From contig NC_068981.1 of NCBI RefSeq assembly GCF_001194135.2, positions 129,122,202 through 129,186,201 on the forward strand: a stretch of DNA of 64,000 nt, written 5' to 3'. A program made the position numbers and the translations under genes. This document shows positions 36,314-49,929 of the stretch, in pieces. Source of the stretch: Octopus bimaculoides (taxonomy: Eukaryota). Position 1 is the stretch's first letter. Each line of letters starts with the position of its first letter. The notes beneath the pieces are model-generated. The model worked only from the letters and a program-made list of their open reading frames with translations, searched no databases and had not been told where the DNA came from.

Positions 36314-37427
36314 ATCTGGTGGGTAAAGGTTCTCACTGGTCTTCCTCAAAACTGGGAACCTCTAGGTGAAATGGTTAAGTGTGCTGAGCTGAATGTACCA
36401 ATTTTTGACTCAATTTGAGACCTCAAAAACACTTGAGCTTAAAATATAAAAGAATGAACTATGTAAAGTCTCTAAGTTCATGTCAACTTTGACTCTGTGC
36501 TTATTCATAAAAAAATCAATGCTGTTATCAAACTGTAAGGATTAATGTTTATTATATGAAATCCTGATTCACATTGTTATGATTGCCTCAACAGAAGTCC
36601 AGTGTTGCAACTCAAGTTGAAGTAGCTGAATGGCTTCAACTCAAGTTGACTTGAGATTTGAAATTTCTGAACAAAACATGGTCATGATGATTGTGCCTCA
36701 AGGAGGTTTGGTAGAATAATTTACACGTCTGTAAGAACCAAATCCTGATTTACTAAATATTGTTTGCATGTGGTCATTTTCCTTTTGCCAACTTTCACCT
36801 GTTTCCAAACAAGGCAATATTTCCTCACAGCCAGACATGTTTACAAGCAACGTTGGAAATGAAGACCCTGCTTATATGACAGTGACACCCTCTTACAACT
36901 CTTAGGTGATATCAAGACAAGATGGCACACTCACTCACTCAGTCACACACACATAAACATACACACTTACACACACATATTCATACATATTCACTCACAC
37001 ACACACACAATGGGCTTCTTTCAGTATTCGCTTACTAAATCCACTCACAAAAGGAACATGCCCAAGTTCCCTCAAAGTGGAACGGAACTCAAAACCATGT
37101 GGTTGGGAAGCAAACTTCTTAACCACACAGCAGTCTCACTCACTCGCTCTCTTTCTCTCTCTTACTCTCTTCCCCCTTCTTTTTCTCTCTCTCATTGGCC
37201 TAACAATTACTGTGGTATTTCCTGTTAACAAAGTTTCTTTAGTCATTTTTTATTGTTGTGACTGAATGAATTTGTCTAAAACCTGCTTTAAGTGTAAGTT
37301 GTGTCACAACTTATGTTATCTAGATTAAATGTGTTACATTGAAAGATATTTAGTGCATTAACCAACTTAGTCTTTGATTTTACCACACTTCAGTAATTTT
37401 TGTTTCAGATGTCTAGTTTTGTTTGAT

Positions 37428-37665
37428 CAGTGTTTCTCAACCATTTTTTGTTTATGAACCCCTTTAACTCCTATTTTACTCTACTGGACCCTTATACCCA
37501 TTCAGTGTTTTAAAAAAGCCTGTCATATTCTTATAATTAAATATTGGGAATTGTGTTAAAAAAAAATTGTTAGAATTTTGTGTATTCTAGAAATATAACC
37601 AATTTTAGCAACAAAATCTTATATGGACCACCAAGAGCCATGTGGTTCCCAGTTGAGAACCACTA
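37428..37665. mobile_element. Second copy of the same hAT MITE
   Basis: cagtgtttctcaacc ... gttgagaaccacta. The interior is similar to 36059-36313; no TSD is recognisable. Confidence 0.8.
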
Positions 37666-40311
37666 GTGTACATTGTATATTCTTTAATTCTTTTACCAGT
37701 TTCAGTCATTGAACTGGGGTACCTTCTTCAAAGGCGTATTAGTTGATCATACCAACCTTGGTATTTATCAGTTCAGTACTTATTTTAGACTTGTTCTTAT
37801 TTTATCAATTTCTATTTATCAAATCCATAAGTTACTTTTTGGTGTAAAGAGATGTGACTCAGCACACTGTTTTAAGAAGCTTGGTTTGCAACCACATAAT
37901 TTCAGGTTCAGTCCCACTGTACAGCACCTTAGGCAAGTTTCACCTATTATAGCCCTAGGTTGACCAATGACTTATGAGTGAATTTGATAGGTAGACCTCT
38001 GTGGAAGCCCATTTTAAATATATGTGTGTCTTTATATTTGTCACTTTTTTGTTCTTTCTTTTAAAATTTTTCAACCTGGTACTTCATCATCATCATCATT
38101 GTTTAATTTCCACTTGCATGGGTTGGACGGAATTTGCAGAGGCAAATTTTCTACAGCCACATGCCCTTCCTATGACTAGCCCTTACCAGATTTTAAGTGA
38201 GGTAACATAACCCATGACCAGACATGTTTTCACAGAAAATTAGAAGTGAAGGATACCGCTTGCATGATGGTGACATTTATTTATAAGTATCATATGAAGT
38301 CAAGTCAAGGAGACAGTGATACACATACTTATACATCCATACTTATGCATGCATACATACATACATACATATATGACAGGCTTATTTGAGTTTCCATCTA
38401 TCAAATCCACTCACAAGGCATTGGTCATTCTGGGGCTATAGTAGAAGACACTGGCCCGAGATGCTGCACACTGGAAGTGAACTCATGACCATATGATTGG
38501 GAAGAAAACTTCTTAGCACACAGCTGCACATGTGCCTATATCATATTATTCCCCCAACAGAGGTAGTTCTAAATTCAGTTACATTTTTAATACAAGATTC
38601 CAATCTGATTCATCTCTTCCACTCATATACTCTCTCACCTTCACCAAATCACCTCTTCTACTACTGACCCTGTTAGTACTAGTGGGAATTTAGTAGGAAA
38701 TAGAACAAGAAGCAGAAGTTGGTAAGTATAAGAGTTAACATGAGATAAGTCAAACATTAAAACTTCAGCTAGAAAAGGGAAAAATAAACCAAGAGAAATC
38801 ACAAGAAAAGGTTGTTAGGTCTTAACGAGGCTGGATACATAAGGCTGAAGAAAGCTTGGGGTAGGTACTTAGGATATAATTTTGATTTAGTTAAAAGGTA
38901 TTATACAAAGACAGACATTAAACTTGTAAGGATAACCCTTTTGATACCAACATGCCTGAAACCACACCCTGGTTCTATGATACAAGCTTCATGTTTTAGA
39001 GTGACCTTCCATTAAAATTTCACGTTAATTTATGTCCCAAACACCAGTGAAATAATGACAAAGTTATCTTACTAAATTCTTCTTTCTAGTCAAATTTAAT
39101 TAAAACAAGGGCAATATATTTCAACTGAAATAGTGTAACAAATGGGTTAATGTCTGTCAACTCCTGTAAATCCCAATAACACCTGCTTTGGTCCATTGCT
39201 TCCAGGTGAGTTCTTGTTTGGAAACGTTTTCAGTGGGGTTATTTCAACAACAGATGTTTAATTATGTGGAATGATTTGACAGGTTGACATATCGTGAATT
39301 GATTTTAACTAATTAGTATTAGCCATTTGAAGGCAGTGTAGCGAAAACATTCATATCTGTTTATGTACGGTGGTAGCAAGTCATGTTAATAACCAGTCCT
39401 TTTGATTGTCTGTTGGTAGGCACTTTAAACAAGAATGAAGATAGTAAAATTGTTATGGTTTTTTATTTTACTGTAACAAAGTTGTTTAAGTAGTAGGGAT
39501 AAAACTGATTTCTTTCTCATCAAAACGTGTCCATCATTGAAAGATGATAAAACATGCATTGAATATCATCATTGTATTAATAATCCAGCATGCTTGCCAA
39601 TCAATCTCTTTTTTTCAAAATTAATTAATGAGGAATACTTGAGTGATCTGATAACTTTAACTAATAATACTATCAGTTCACTCACATTTAAATTTAGTAA
39701 CTGGAACAATAAAGTTGCAGGTTGTGTTTAGTCATTTGGTTGACTAACTGTGAACCATAGGATTGATACATCAACGTTCTAATGATCACAGAATATTTAA
39801 GAATCTTGAGAGATGCTTATGTCGGTCAATAACTACTTGATAGCTTTTACTAAATTTAGGAGCTTATATTTACTTAGAACTGTAACTTGCTATATTAGTG
39901 ATCTATTCAAATCAAAGAATGAATACTCCATGTTAGTTAATTAATAAATAGGTATTGACATTTTCATTTAGTTATTTAGTCATGTTTACTTTACTTATCA
40001 GAAACAATACCTCACTACATTTATGGATTTATTTCAACCAACAAAGAAAATATTCCAAATGTTGTAAGGAAAATATATTCTAAGTATCTAAAGAATACAT
40101 GGTAATTTCTTTTGTGTGATAGGAATCAAATAATCTGCCAGTTTTCTGTAAAGAAAACTTTTGGTATTTATGTAAATAAAGTAAATACTCTAAAACATTT
40201 CTAAGACTGTGGCAGTTACTTTGTTGAAACTTATCACTAAGATGTGCTACTCTCAGCTTATAGTTGATTAAATATTCTGCTACAAATGCACCTGCTTCAC
40301 TAAATCATTAA

Positions 40312-40533
40312 CCCTTTAACATTCAGATTTCTCTGTCAAATGTAATACTTATTTATTCACTTTGATATGAATTAGTCATACATTACCTTGTAGCTGTGAG
40401 GTTTCAATGACTTGATTGTTTATTTTTAGAATAATATTGTAAGGTAAGTGTGAGAAGCTGGATCTGGCTAGTTTGAAGATAAAACAGGTTGATTATTTTG
40501 GCTGGAAATGGCTGGCTTTTAAATGCTAAAGAG
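40312..40533. mobile_element. piggyBac-like MITE (different family from 22340)
   Basis: TTAA|ccctttaacatt ... aatgctaaagag|TTAA. Confidence 0.75.
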
Positions 40534-41552
40534 TTAAGATATAACCAAATTTGTAGAGCCATTTCACACTTACTTTTATGGGGAAATGGATATAAAATGG
40601 TTGAGTAATTTGGGGGCCATTGACTACAAGGCTATGAGTTCAAATCTTCCATGACTATTGTGATGTATCCCTAAGCAAAGGATACATTAGGTTATCTATT
40701 TAGGATACTCAACTGCAAATCACTATAAAAATTTGTAATTAGATATCTATTAATAATTGAGTAGATCTACTGACTTTGATTGAAAAGAAATGTATGTTGT
40801 GACATTCATGGCATTCCAAGCAGATAAGCAAGGTGTCTAGACTAGGTTACAGAACCACTGCTAGTTGCTTACTTTCTACTCTGAGGCACTTTTAATGATT
40901 CATTCACAAAATTGCAGAACTATCCTACTGAAGCCAAAAGAACAATGGATGTAGAATCTCTTGTAACAACCTGCAATCTTTTTTTATCACTAATATTATC
41001 ATCACTTCTAAGTAATCTTGCAATAAGGTGTTATCTATTAAACATAAACAATTAAATATATTTCAGATACAGCTGTTGACTAATTCAGCTGCTGCTAACA
41101 TTAAACAAATGAACACAATCTTCTTACTGGAGGGATATGACAATTACAGTAACTTAAGTGATGACTGTGTTAATTTTTACACATTTATTGCCAAACACAT
41201 ACTTAAAATAAGCATTGGCTAGTAAGATGATATTTCCAATGAGTGTTGAACATGAATAATGGATAGCTATGTTTCAGTTCTAACAGCTGTTTATATTAAT
41301 GTTTAATGTCTAAATAACATTTAGGGTAATGATTTTCTTTTCATTTCCCATTTTTTAAAAAATAAAGCTCAGAATTCTTTTTGTAATGAGGAGAAGGCTT
41401 TAGTTGGATTTTGTTTCGTTATATTTCTGGTAAAGTTAATCCTGGATGGATTTGAGTGTAGACATATGAGGCACTGAATTAATTAAGAGAGTAGAAGTAG
41501 CCTAATACGAAGACTACATTATTTGTTTGGAAAATGGATAACTTCATCTTTT

Positions 41553-41749
41553 GTCTTTTACTTGTTTCAGTCAGTAGACTATGATCATGTTGGAGTATCA
41601 CCTCAGTACATATTTTAAAGTTTTCTGGTATCCATCAGTCTCTTTTACTTAACCACTTAGTTAGAGGGATGTAAACAAACCAACATTCATTGTCAGACAG
41701 TGGTGGGGGACAAACACGAATACACATGCATGCACACACGCGCGTGCGT

Positions 41750-41783
<34 letters not shown>

Positions 41784-41935
41784 GGCTTCCACAGTTTCCA
41801 TCTACCAAATTCACTCAAGGCATTGGTTTACTTGGAGTTATAGTAGAAGACACTTGCCTAAGGTGTCATGCAACAGAACTGAACCCAAAACCATGTGACT
41901 GAAAAGTGAGCTTCATCACATAGCCATGGCTACAC
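41553..41935 (-). mobile_element. SINE family B with internal (CA)n
   Basis: ttttacttgtttcagtcagtagac...ctgaacccaaaaccatgtg...catagccatggc. Confidence 0.8.
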
Positions 41936-42375
41936 CTATATGTAAAGATATAGATGTTTGAATCAATTCCCGTCAGAATCTAAAGAGACAAACTAAATGC
42001 TGCAAAGAAATTTGTTTGTTACTCTTTCTAGAAGATGAAAGCATACAAAATAATAAGTTCTCATATAAAATGAATAGTTATAGATGGGAAATTAAAAGTT
42101 GTGTGTTTTATTCTTTTGCACAAGCATTAGCAAATTTATTAAAGACTGCCAAGTAATGAAATAGAAAGAACAACCAAATTGCAAACTGAATTTGATGAGG
42201 ACCATAACCTCTTTACCTTAAAGAATGATAAATATATTGGAAAGACTTTTTGAAATTCAATATTTTATAATTTTCTTTTATATTTTGATACACAATTAAA
42301 CTTGAATAAAACATAACATTAATAAATATTTCACTATATTAAAAAAAGTTTGATTTTATTATATTGTTAAGATAA

Positions 42376-42780
42376 TCTTTTACTTGTTTCAGTCATTTGA
42401 CTACGGCCATGCTGGAGCACCGCCTTTAGTCGAGCAAATTGACCCTAGGACTTATTCTTTGTAAGCTTAGTACTTATTCTATTGGCCCCTTCTGCTAAAC
42501 TGCTAAGTTACGGGGTCGTAAACACACCAGCATTGGTTGCCAAGCAATGTGAGGGGACAAACACAGACACACAGACATATACACACACATACATATATAT
42601 ATATATATACATATATATGATGGGCTTCTTTCAGTTTCCGTCTACCAAATCCACTCACAAGGCTTTGGTCGGCCCGAGGCTATAGTAGAAGACACTTGCC
42701 CAAGGTGCCACGCAATGGGACTGAACCCAGAACCATGTGGTTGGTAAGCAAGCTACTTACCACACAGCCAGTCCTGCGCC
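42376..42780 (-). mobile_element. Near-consensus full-length SINE family B
   Basis: Minus-strand head ggcgcaggactggctgtgtggtaag...gggttcagtccc, CORE-like ggcaccttgggcaagtgtcttc, internal (TA/TG)n, tail gactgaaacaagtaaaaga. Confidence 0.9.
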
Positions 42781-45700
42781 TATGATAGTTGAAAGTATAA
42801 CACTCAAACTTGTTTCATTATGTTAAGGATTTCATTCGTCTTTTTATTTCATTCCACAGTTAAAATCGTTTATAGAATAACACACTAATATATATTGTGA
42901 CAAGCTGATTAATTGTAGATTAGTACAGTTGATAGATGAACCTTTACTCTTACTTCATTATAAACTTAGAATTGAGTGTGTTTGTGTGTGAGAGAGAGAT
43001 ATCAACTTTTTATAAATCATATTAATGACAGTATTGTACTTCTATTTATTGTTACTATTGATATAACTGTAAAAGCGGTGAGCAGGCAGAATTATTAACA
43101 TGCTGAGCAAAATGCTTAGATGTGAAGCTTATAGCTTCACATCAAAAAGGTATCAGAGTTTATATTCTGTTTCAATGGAATATAAATAGCAAAATAGGTG
43201 AGATGACAACCAAGATAACTTAATATGGGAATTAAAGCACTGAAATTGATTCACATTTAGAGCTTATATTTCAGTTTTTCAAATCCCATTTAAAATGACT
43301 CAGTTTTTCAACTCTGAGAGAGATCAGTAAAATAAGCACTGAAACTGTTTATAGAGAATAACCTACTTAAGTAATAAACATGTAATGAACTTATCTTAGA
43401 GAAACTATTAACATCGAGATCATTCCTGACAATATGAAAGAGAAATGTCATTAAGAACAACAGACTATATCTTATAACTTGCACCTTTCATTCTAACTGT
43501 TTGTTAATGTAAAGACAGGTGGTTTCACTTGTTGTTCCACATGAACCACTTAAATCTAAAGTGAATAACAATTATTAAATATAGAAAATTAGTTATACCC
43601 ATTATATCGATCTACATAATAGCTAATTGTCCTTAAATTAAGTTATTAATTCATACAACAATGATCTAACAATCTGTATATCTGGGGGGGGGGGGGCATA
43701 CGTGCACTGGACCTCTGTCTATTCCACTGGCTCTTTGCCTGTCTTTATGTATTTGACTATCTCTGTCACCAGTTTCACGTTCACTAAATATATACTAGCA
43801 ATGATTGGTTAATGTCAACCCCATGCACACACACACTTATAGTGTTAAAATGACTGACATTTACTAAAATGAATATTTAAATGCAAAACGAAAATATTAA
43901 AACTACATGTTATTAATAATTTATAATTGCTAAAATGAAAACATTCAGCCATAGCACAAAGCTCGTAAAGGATATTAGTAGCTAAAGTAATAAAGTAATA
44001 CCAGAATTAGAAGTAAGTATTAATAATATGAATATCACAGTGAAAAGTTTGGGGTAAAGTCTTTTTGAGTTTCTGTGAAATACCAGGCTAAAATCTATAA
44101 GTCACAATGAGAGGTGGTAAAAGAGCAATGTGAAGTAGATCAATATCTGCTCCAGCTATTTTTTGATTCAGTATTCAAATTCAATTTCAGGTGTCTTTTC
44201 ATCTGTAGATAGGAGATATAATTATATAATTTTCAGTTCACCTTGCTAGGGAAAAGGCATCAGGTCTCATTTGAGAGAGGGCATTACCTATATTAAGCTG
44301 GCATCCTATTACAAAAAACATTTTTTTTATTTGCTTAACACTGTAGAAACCAGATCCAAGCCAACATTTTATATACTTAGGAATTCATTAGCATTTTTGA
44401 TGAAATTTCTGTCTTACATTTCTGGTTTATATTTTCTCCCTCTTCCCTTAATTTTCATTGTTTGAGTCTAGTTTCCACATGTTACAGGCAATGCTTCTCA
44501 TCCTTCTTGGGCTCAAAAAAAAAAAAATATTTGATGACTTTAAAAATTGGACAGTGGAATGAATTTTTGGGAGCTAAACTATCAAACATATGGAAGAAGT
44601 TCAATGAACTCTCTCCATGTAAAATACAGACAACATGAAGCATGTTGAAGAAGTATGATGCTAGATGTTAATGAAATATAGACTCTGAATGTAAAATATC
44701 TGCAAAGGTTGAAGTGAAATGAGTGCAATATGAACCATTGGATATGACATGTTAACTTGCACAAAAGCCAGTGCACAAGTAAGCTAAGAATGCATCTGGG
44801 CAATAAAGGCATCAGCTATTATATGAAGGATACTTGACTGTGCTGACTTGAACATGAGATGTGAATGGACAATGATTGCTAGAGGAAAAGAGTAGTACTA
44901 ACAATTGTTGTTAATGTTGCTGTGTGTGAGATTTGTCCTGATTGATCAAAAGTGCTCCATCCATGATCAATCTTTCATTTGGTATATATTTGAAGATCAT
45001 ATTCTCTTATGTGTCCTTGCTGCTTCTTTTTTAATGATAGTGATTTGAGGAAAATTTGGTTGCTATTTCTAGTATGTCAAGTGATGTATAGAGGCTTCCT
45101 CATTAACTTGTGCACTAATATCAAAAGGTGCCTGTTGTAGAAGAAGACAAGGAAAGGAATAACAGTGCAGTGTCAGATCTCATGTTGCTGGGTCACATGA
45201 TGAGATGATGCAGGAATTGAAATGAGTGATTTGCCATACTTTAGTCATGTCCAGCTAATTCCAACATGGAAAATAGACGTTAAAAAATGATATAAACTTT
45301 ACTTGTATTCTATTACAATCTTGGTCTTACTTGGTTTTTCTGTAAGGCTTATGCTATAAACACTACTACTGGCTTACTGAGAAATTGAATTAGACCATCA
45401 TTCTCCAGTTTTACTATGCTTCCCACCATGTTATATTGGTAAGGCTAAGAAGTTGATTATGAGCAACCAAATATTTCTTCAAAAGTATATGGTTCTGTTT
45501 ACTTGAAAAGCATTTATATCTATTCACAAAGATAGTCTAGCCTTAGACAGCAGTGGATCTGGCTGACACTATGGGACTCAATGCATTAGTGTATCTAATT
45601 TGTTCTGAGTTCATATCACATAAAACTTGACTTTGCTTTCCTTCCTCCAAGGTCTGTATATTATGGTTAATTCAACCAATTTTACCACTGTGTGACAAAA

Positions 45701-48297
45701 TTTGGCTGTACGTGTCATCTAATGGAAATTTTATAGCCATCTTTACATACTTACATAGAACAATTATTTTTGCAGTTGAATACTTTTCCAATTGCTCTCT
45801 CAACTATGAAGTAGAAGTGGGGGGGGGTCTCTTTTCTTTTCAGTTAGGCAAGCTGAAGCAGCATTATGAACCTTATTCAGGAATCTATGGCAACTTAAGC
45901 CTGATCTCATGACTGTCTAGTCCAGTATTTCAACAGCTTACCCTCACGTCATTTGCCACATTTCTAGATAGCTTATGAGTAAAATAACTTTTTGAATAAT
46001 TCTTAGCACTTAAGAGTGCCTAAGTATGTTCTTCAATAAAATATTATTTGCAAATCTTGGATGTTATTTCATCTTTGATCTCTGGTATTCTAAACTGCAC
46101 TCAGAAGAAAGCCAATCACTTGATCAAAGAACCCCTTACATACTTGATAACTTATACATTTGAATCAGATCCTTATTCAGTGTACTGAAGTTAACCATTT
46201 ACAACAATCTTATTATTGCTATTGAAGTCCTTTTTTTCTTATTTGTCCATCTTTTAGTTTAGCATACCCCTTAGATAATTTCATTCATAGTGAAACATAA
46301 AGCTGAAATCATCTTTTTTCACCTACTCCCCTCCCTCATGTAATTGCTCTTCCGTCATGGCGTGATACTACATGGTCTTTGGTTAATTTCTCTATTACTT
46401 TCCAGATCTAATTCTTTCCTGTGGAATCTTGACTGCACATCTCAGTCATCTTATGTGCATCTTATTTTTCAGAGATGCTCCTGAGGCATCTTGCTGCTGC
46501 TGTTGTTGTTTAACCCCAAATCAGCTGTGACCATCCCATATATCTTTTCAAGCACAGTGTGTCTAGGAATGCATTATCCATATATGTCTTTCCTTGAATG
46601 ACAATAAAGAGGCTTCCTTGTTAGTTCTAGGTCTGTTTTATTGTATAGGTTCTCACTGGAAATGTTGACCAACTTCATTAGATAACTTGGTAATAGAAAA
46701 ACATGAAATAGCACAATCATAAAGGCAACTTAGAACTTGTAAGGTAGCAAATTGGTAGAGTTGTAAGAGTGCTGGATAAAACACCATGCAGTATTTTCCC
46801 CAGTCTCTGTGCTCTGAGTTCAAATCCAACAGAGGTCAACTTTGCCTTTCATCCTTTCAGGGGTCAATTCCTCCCTCCCTCCCTCTGGACTGTACCTGCA
46901 ATTCAAAGGCCCAACCTTTTCACACTGTATCATGCCCTGAGAAATGCATTAAAGGTACTTATATTCTGGTATACTTTTTTCTTTTAGAGTAACTTATTAG
47001 TATCCTATTAGTATATGAAAAACAGAAAATATTGATTACTTTCCTTTGTAACACTAATGTACACACACAAACACACACAGATACATATACACAATTTGTA
47101 ATTGTTCAAATTTGTGAAAACCTTTCTATTCATACTGGCCTGGAAAAAGGGAAAAGAGAAGCAAAGAAAATACTTTTACATAGCTTATTGTTACTGTGGA
47201 ATATGCAACCACTTACACATTAATTTCTCAAATTGGAATTTAGTTAGTGAAACAACTGAATCTACCAAAACTTGTACATAAGGTAGTCCAACACTGCTTC
47301 AATTGCCTAAGTTCAGGTATTTAATAGATAACATCCTCTTGAGAAATTGCAGACATTGTTGAAGTTATTTCCATGTCTACATATAGTTGTATTTTTTAAA
47401 AACTTTTTTGTCTAACAAAACCATTGGATATGTACCAATTATAATGCTTATATAAAGCCTATAATCTTTACAGAAAAAAAAAATAGATACCTGGCAAGTA
47501 TACAAATTATTTTGTCATGCATTTCATTATGCATACTTGAAGCTATGCAAAAATATTTTTTTACTTCTCTGCTCCCTTTTTCCGTACTAGTATGGGTAGA
47601 AAGGTTTTCGCAAATCTGAATAATTCCAAATTGTGTTTGTGTGTGTGTACATTAGTATTACAAAAGAGGTCCTTATGCCTTATACTAAGGAAAGAAATCA
47701 ATATTTTCTGTTTTCCATGTGATACTAATAGGTTAGTCTAAAAGAGTAGCATTCCAGAATATGTTTGTTCTCTTGGCTTTTTCTATTCTTTTACCCTCTC
47801 AATAACTCAAAAGAACTTATATAAATGCTGTTGCTATACTGATTCAGCTCTAGTTATACTGGTTCAACTCTGACTTTTCTTTTACTGCTGAAGCATTTTA
47901 AACCATTTATTTTATTCACAAGTTAGCTTTATAGAATGAACTATTAAATGTCTATATTTCATGCTTGCTCATTCATAAACAGTTGTATCCATTAAAAGCT
48001 GATTAGCTTTATTGATAACCTGAATTGTAAAGGTGCATCAGGCTATTCTCAGTCATCTCAGACATATAGAAACATAATTATTATGATGATATTGTGAGAG
48101 AAGTAGGCAGTAGAATTGTTAGGGCATTGGACAAAACAAATTATTCATATCCTTTTGCATTCTGAGTTCAAATCTCACTAGGATTAACTCTGTTGTTCAT
48201 TCCTTTCGTCAATAACAAGAGAGTATGATGATAATGTAGTAGAAGCCAATGTGGTTAACTGTGTCCTTCTCTAGCTTTATGCTGTACTTACTAGAGC

Positions 48298-48389
48298 ATA
48301 AATGCTTCACAATTTTTAAATTTGCGACTTCCTATCCTTGTGAATAAATGCTTTGCAATTTTTAAGTTTATAACTTCATATCCTTGTGA
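48298..48389. repeat. Tandem 2 x 46-bp duplication
   Basis: ataaatgctt..caatttttaa.ttt..acttc.tatccttgtga occurs twice. Confidence 0.8.
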
Positions 48390-48410
48390 ATCAGTAAAAT
48401 AAGTACTAGT

Positions 48411-48685
48411 AATATACTTTTGTCCAATCATATATACCCTCTTTCTTAATACTATACTTTTGCCCAATCATGTATAACCTCTTTCTTAATACTATACTTT
48501 TGCCCAATCACATATACCTTCTTTCTTAATAATATCCTTTTGCCTGATCACATATACCCTCTTTCTTAATATACTTTTTGCCCAATAATATATACCCTCT
48601 TACTTAATAATATCCTTTTTCCCAGTCACAATTACCCTCTTTTTTAATAATATAGTTTTACCCAATCACATATACCCTCTTTCTT
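48411..48685. repeat. Minisatellite, about 7 copies of a ~39-bp unit
   Basis: Unit aatatacttttgcccaatcacatataccctctttcttaat. Confidence 0.9.
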
Positions 48686-49142
48686 GACATTGTACCTCAG
48701 AAATTATTTGTGGCAGCAATAGTAATGTGGTACACTAAATATATTTAGTTATTTAATTTTGTCCCTCTGTGTTTCCACTCTAAATCTCTTTATAGAATTA
48801 ACAAAATAAGTATCAAGCATGCTTTGAGTTGATGCAAGTGACAATATTTTTGCTACTTATTTTTGGTCTTGTGCCAACTGAAGAAATCTATTATTATTAT
48901 CATCTATTTTCAACAGTTTCATATGAGCTTCTACTGTACCACTAGACAAACCTCCAAGTATGGGTTTTTATATGGTACATCCACTTCGTTACATGTTCGT
49001 GTGTGTGTGTCACAGGATTATTATTGTTGTTCTTTGTTTTACTTTAATGTATACACTTGTGTAAAATATGACACGATGGTCGACTGTATTGTGTGAGTTG
49101 TATCTAGTTTTAGATGCATTTGTATAGAAAATGAGTTGGGTT

Positions 49143-49181
<39 letters not shown>

Positions 49182-49659
49182 TATAAACTAATGAAGATTT
49201 TCTGAAATGTTGGCGAGTTAAAAATTATTATTATTGCATCCTGTAATTAAATTTTCATTTTTTTTTTTTTGACATTCCTGTCCTCTTCTAGTTTTGTGTA
49301 CAATGTATATGTATATGCGTGTATGCTATAGTTGTCTAATATGCTCAAACTAACTTCAGCCTTGATCCAGAGGAGAAAAGAGAAAAAAACAACAACAAAT
49401 TATTCACATGACAGTCAGTTGAGTAGATTTGTTTACAGCACTGAAGGAGGTTTTCCCCCACTCTCACTATTACTTTCCTCAATTTTATTTGTGTGTGTGT
49501 GTATGACACACACACATACATTCTTTAGTACATTCTAATTTTTTTTTCTGTGTTGTTTTTGTCAGCCATTGGTGATTAAAAAAAAATTATTAATATTATT
49601 GTTGTTATTGTTTCGCCCCATGCCATGAAAGAGAGAGTTTACGAAATATTGAACTAGTC

Positions 49660-49850
49660 GGTACTACTAGAGCAGCACGGACCCGAACGCGCAGTCGCGC
49701 GTCCGCGCTAGCTAGTCTTGAGTGGTCGATCCTGACCCTATCCCTAACCCTAACCCGCGTGTGCAAATGAATACGTGTTTAGGGTTAGGGTTAGGATCAA
49801 CCACTCACGACTAGCTAGCGCGGACGCGACCCTACTGCTTTAGTAGTACC
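49660..49850. mobile_element. 191-bp foldback MITE with telomere-like repeats and a 9-bp TSD (Merlin/IS1016- or MULE-like)
   Basis: TSD gaactagtc (49651-49659 and 49851-49859). Termini ggtactacta...tagtagtacc. Arms include gtccgcgctagctagtc and (ccctaa)n / (ttaggg)n. Confidence 0.8.
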
Positions 49851-49929
49851 GAACTAGTCAAGTACTGGGATCAATTAAGTCAACTACGCCCTGCCCCTAT
49901 TTTTTCTTGTAGGTGTGGCTTTGGACTCC

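Noticed and set aside
48411-48685. CRISPR-like periodicity
   Set aside because: The units are contiguous with no unique spacers, and the context is eukaryotic.
49731-49796. Telomere or chromosome-fusion signature from opposed (CCCTAA)/(TTAGGG) runs
   Set aside because: There are only 2-4 units per side, embedded in MITE arms with a TSD, and the orientation is the reverse of a head-to-head fusion scar.
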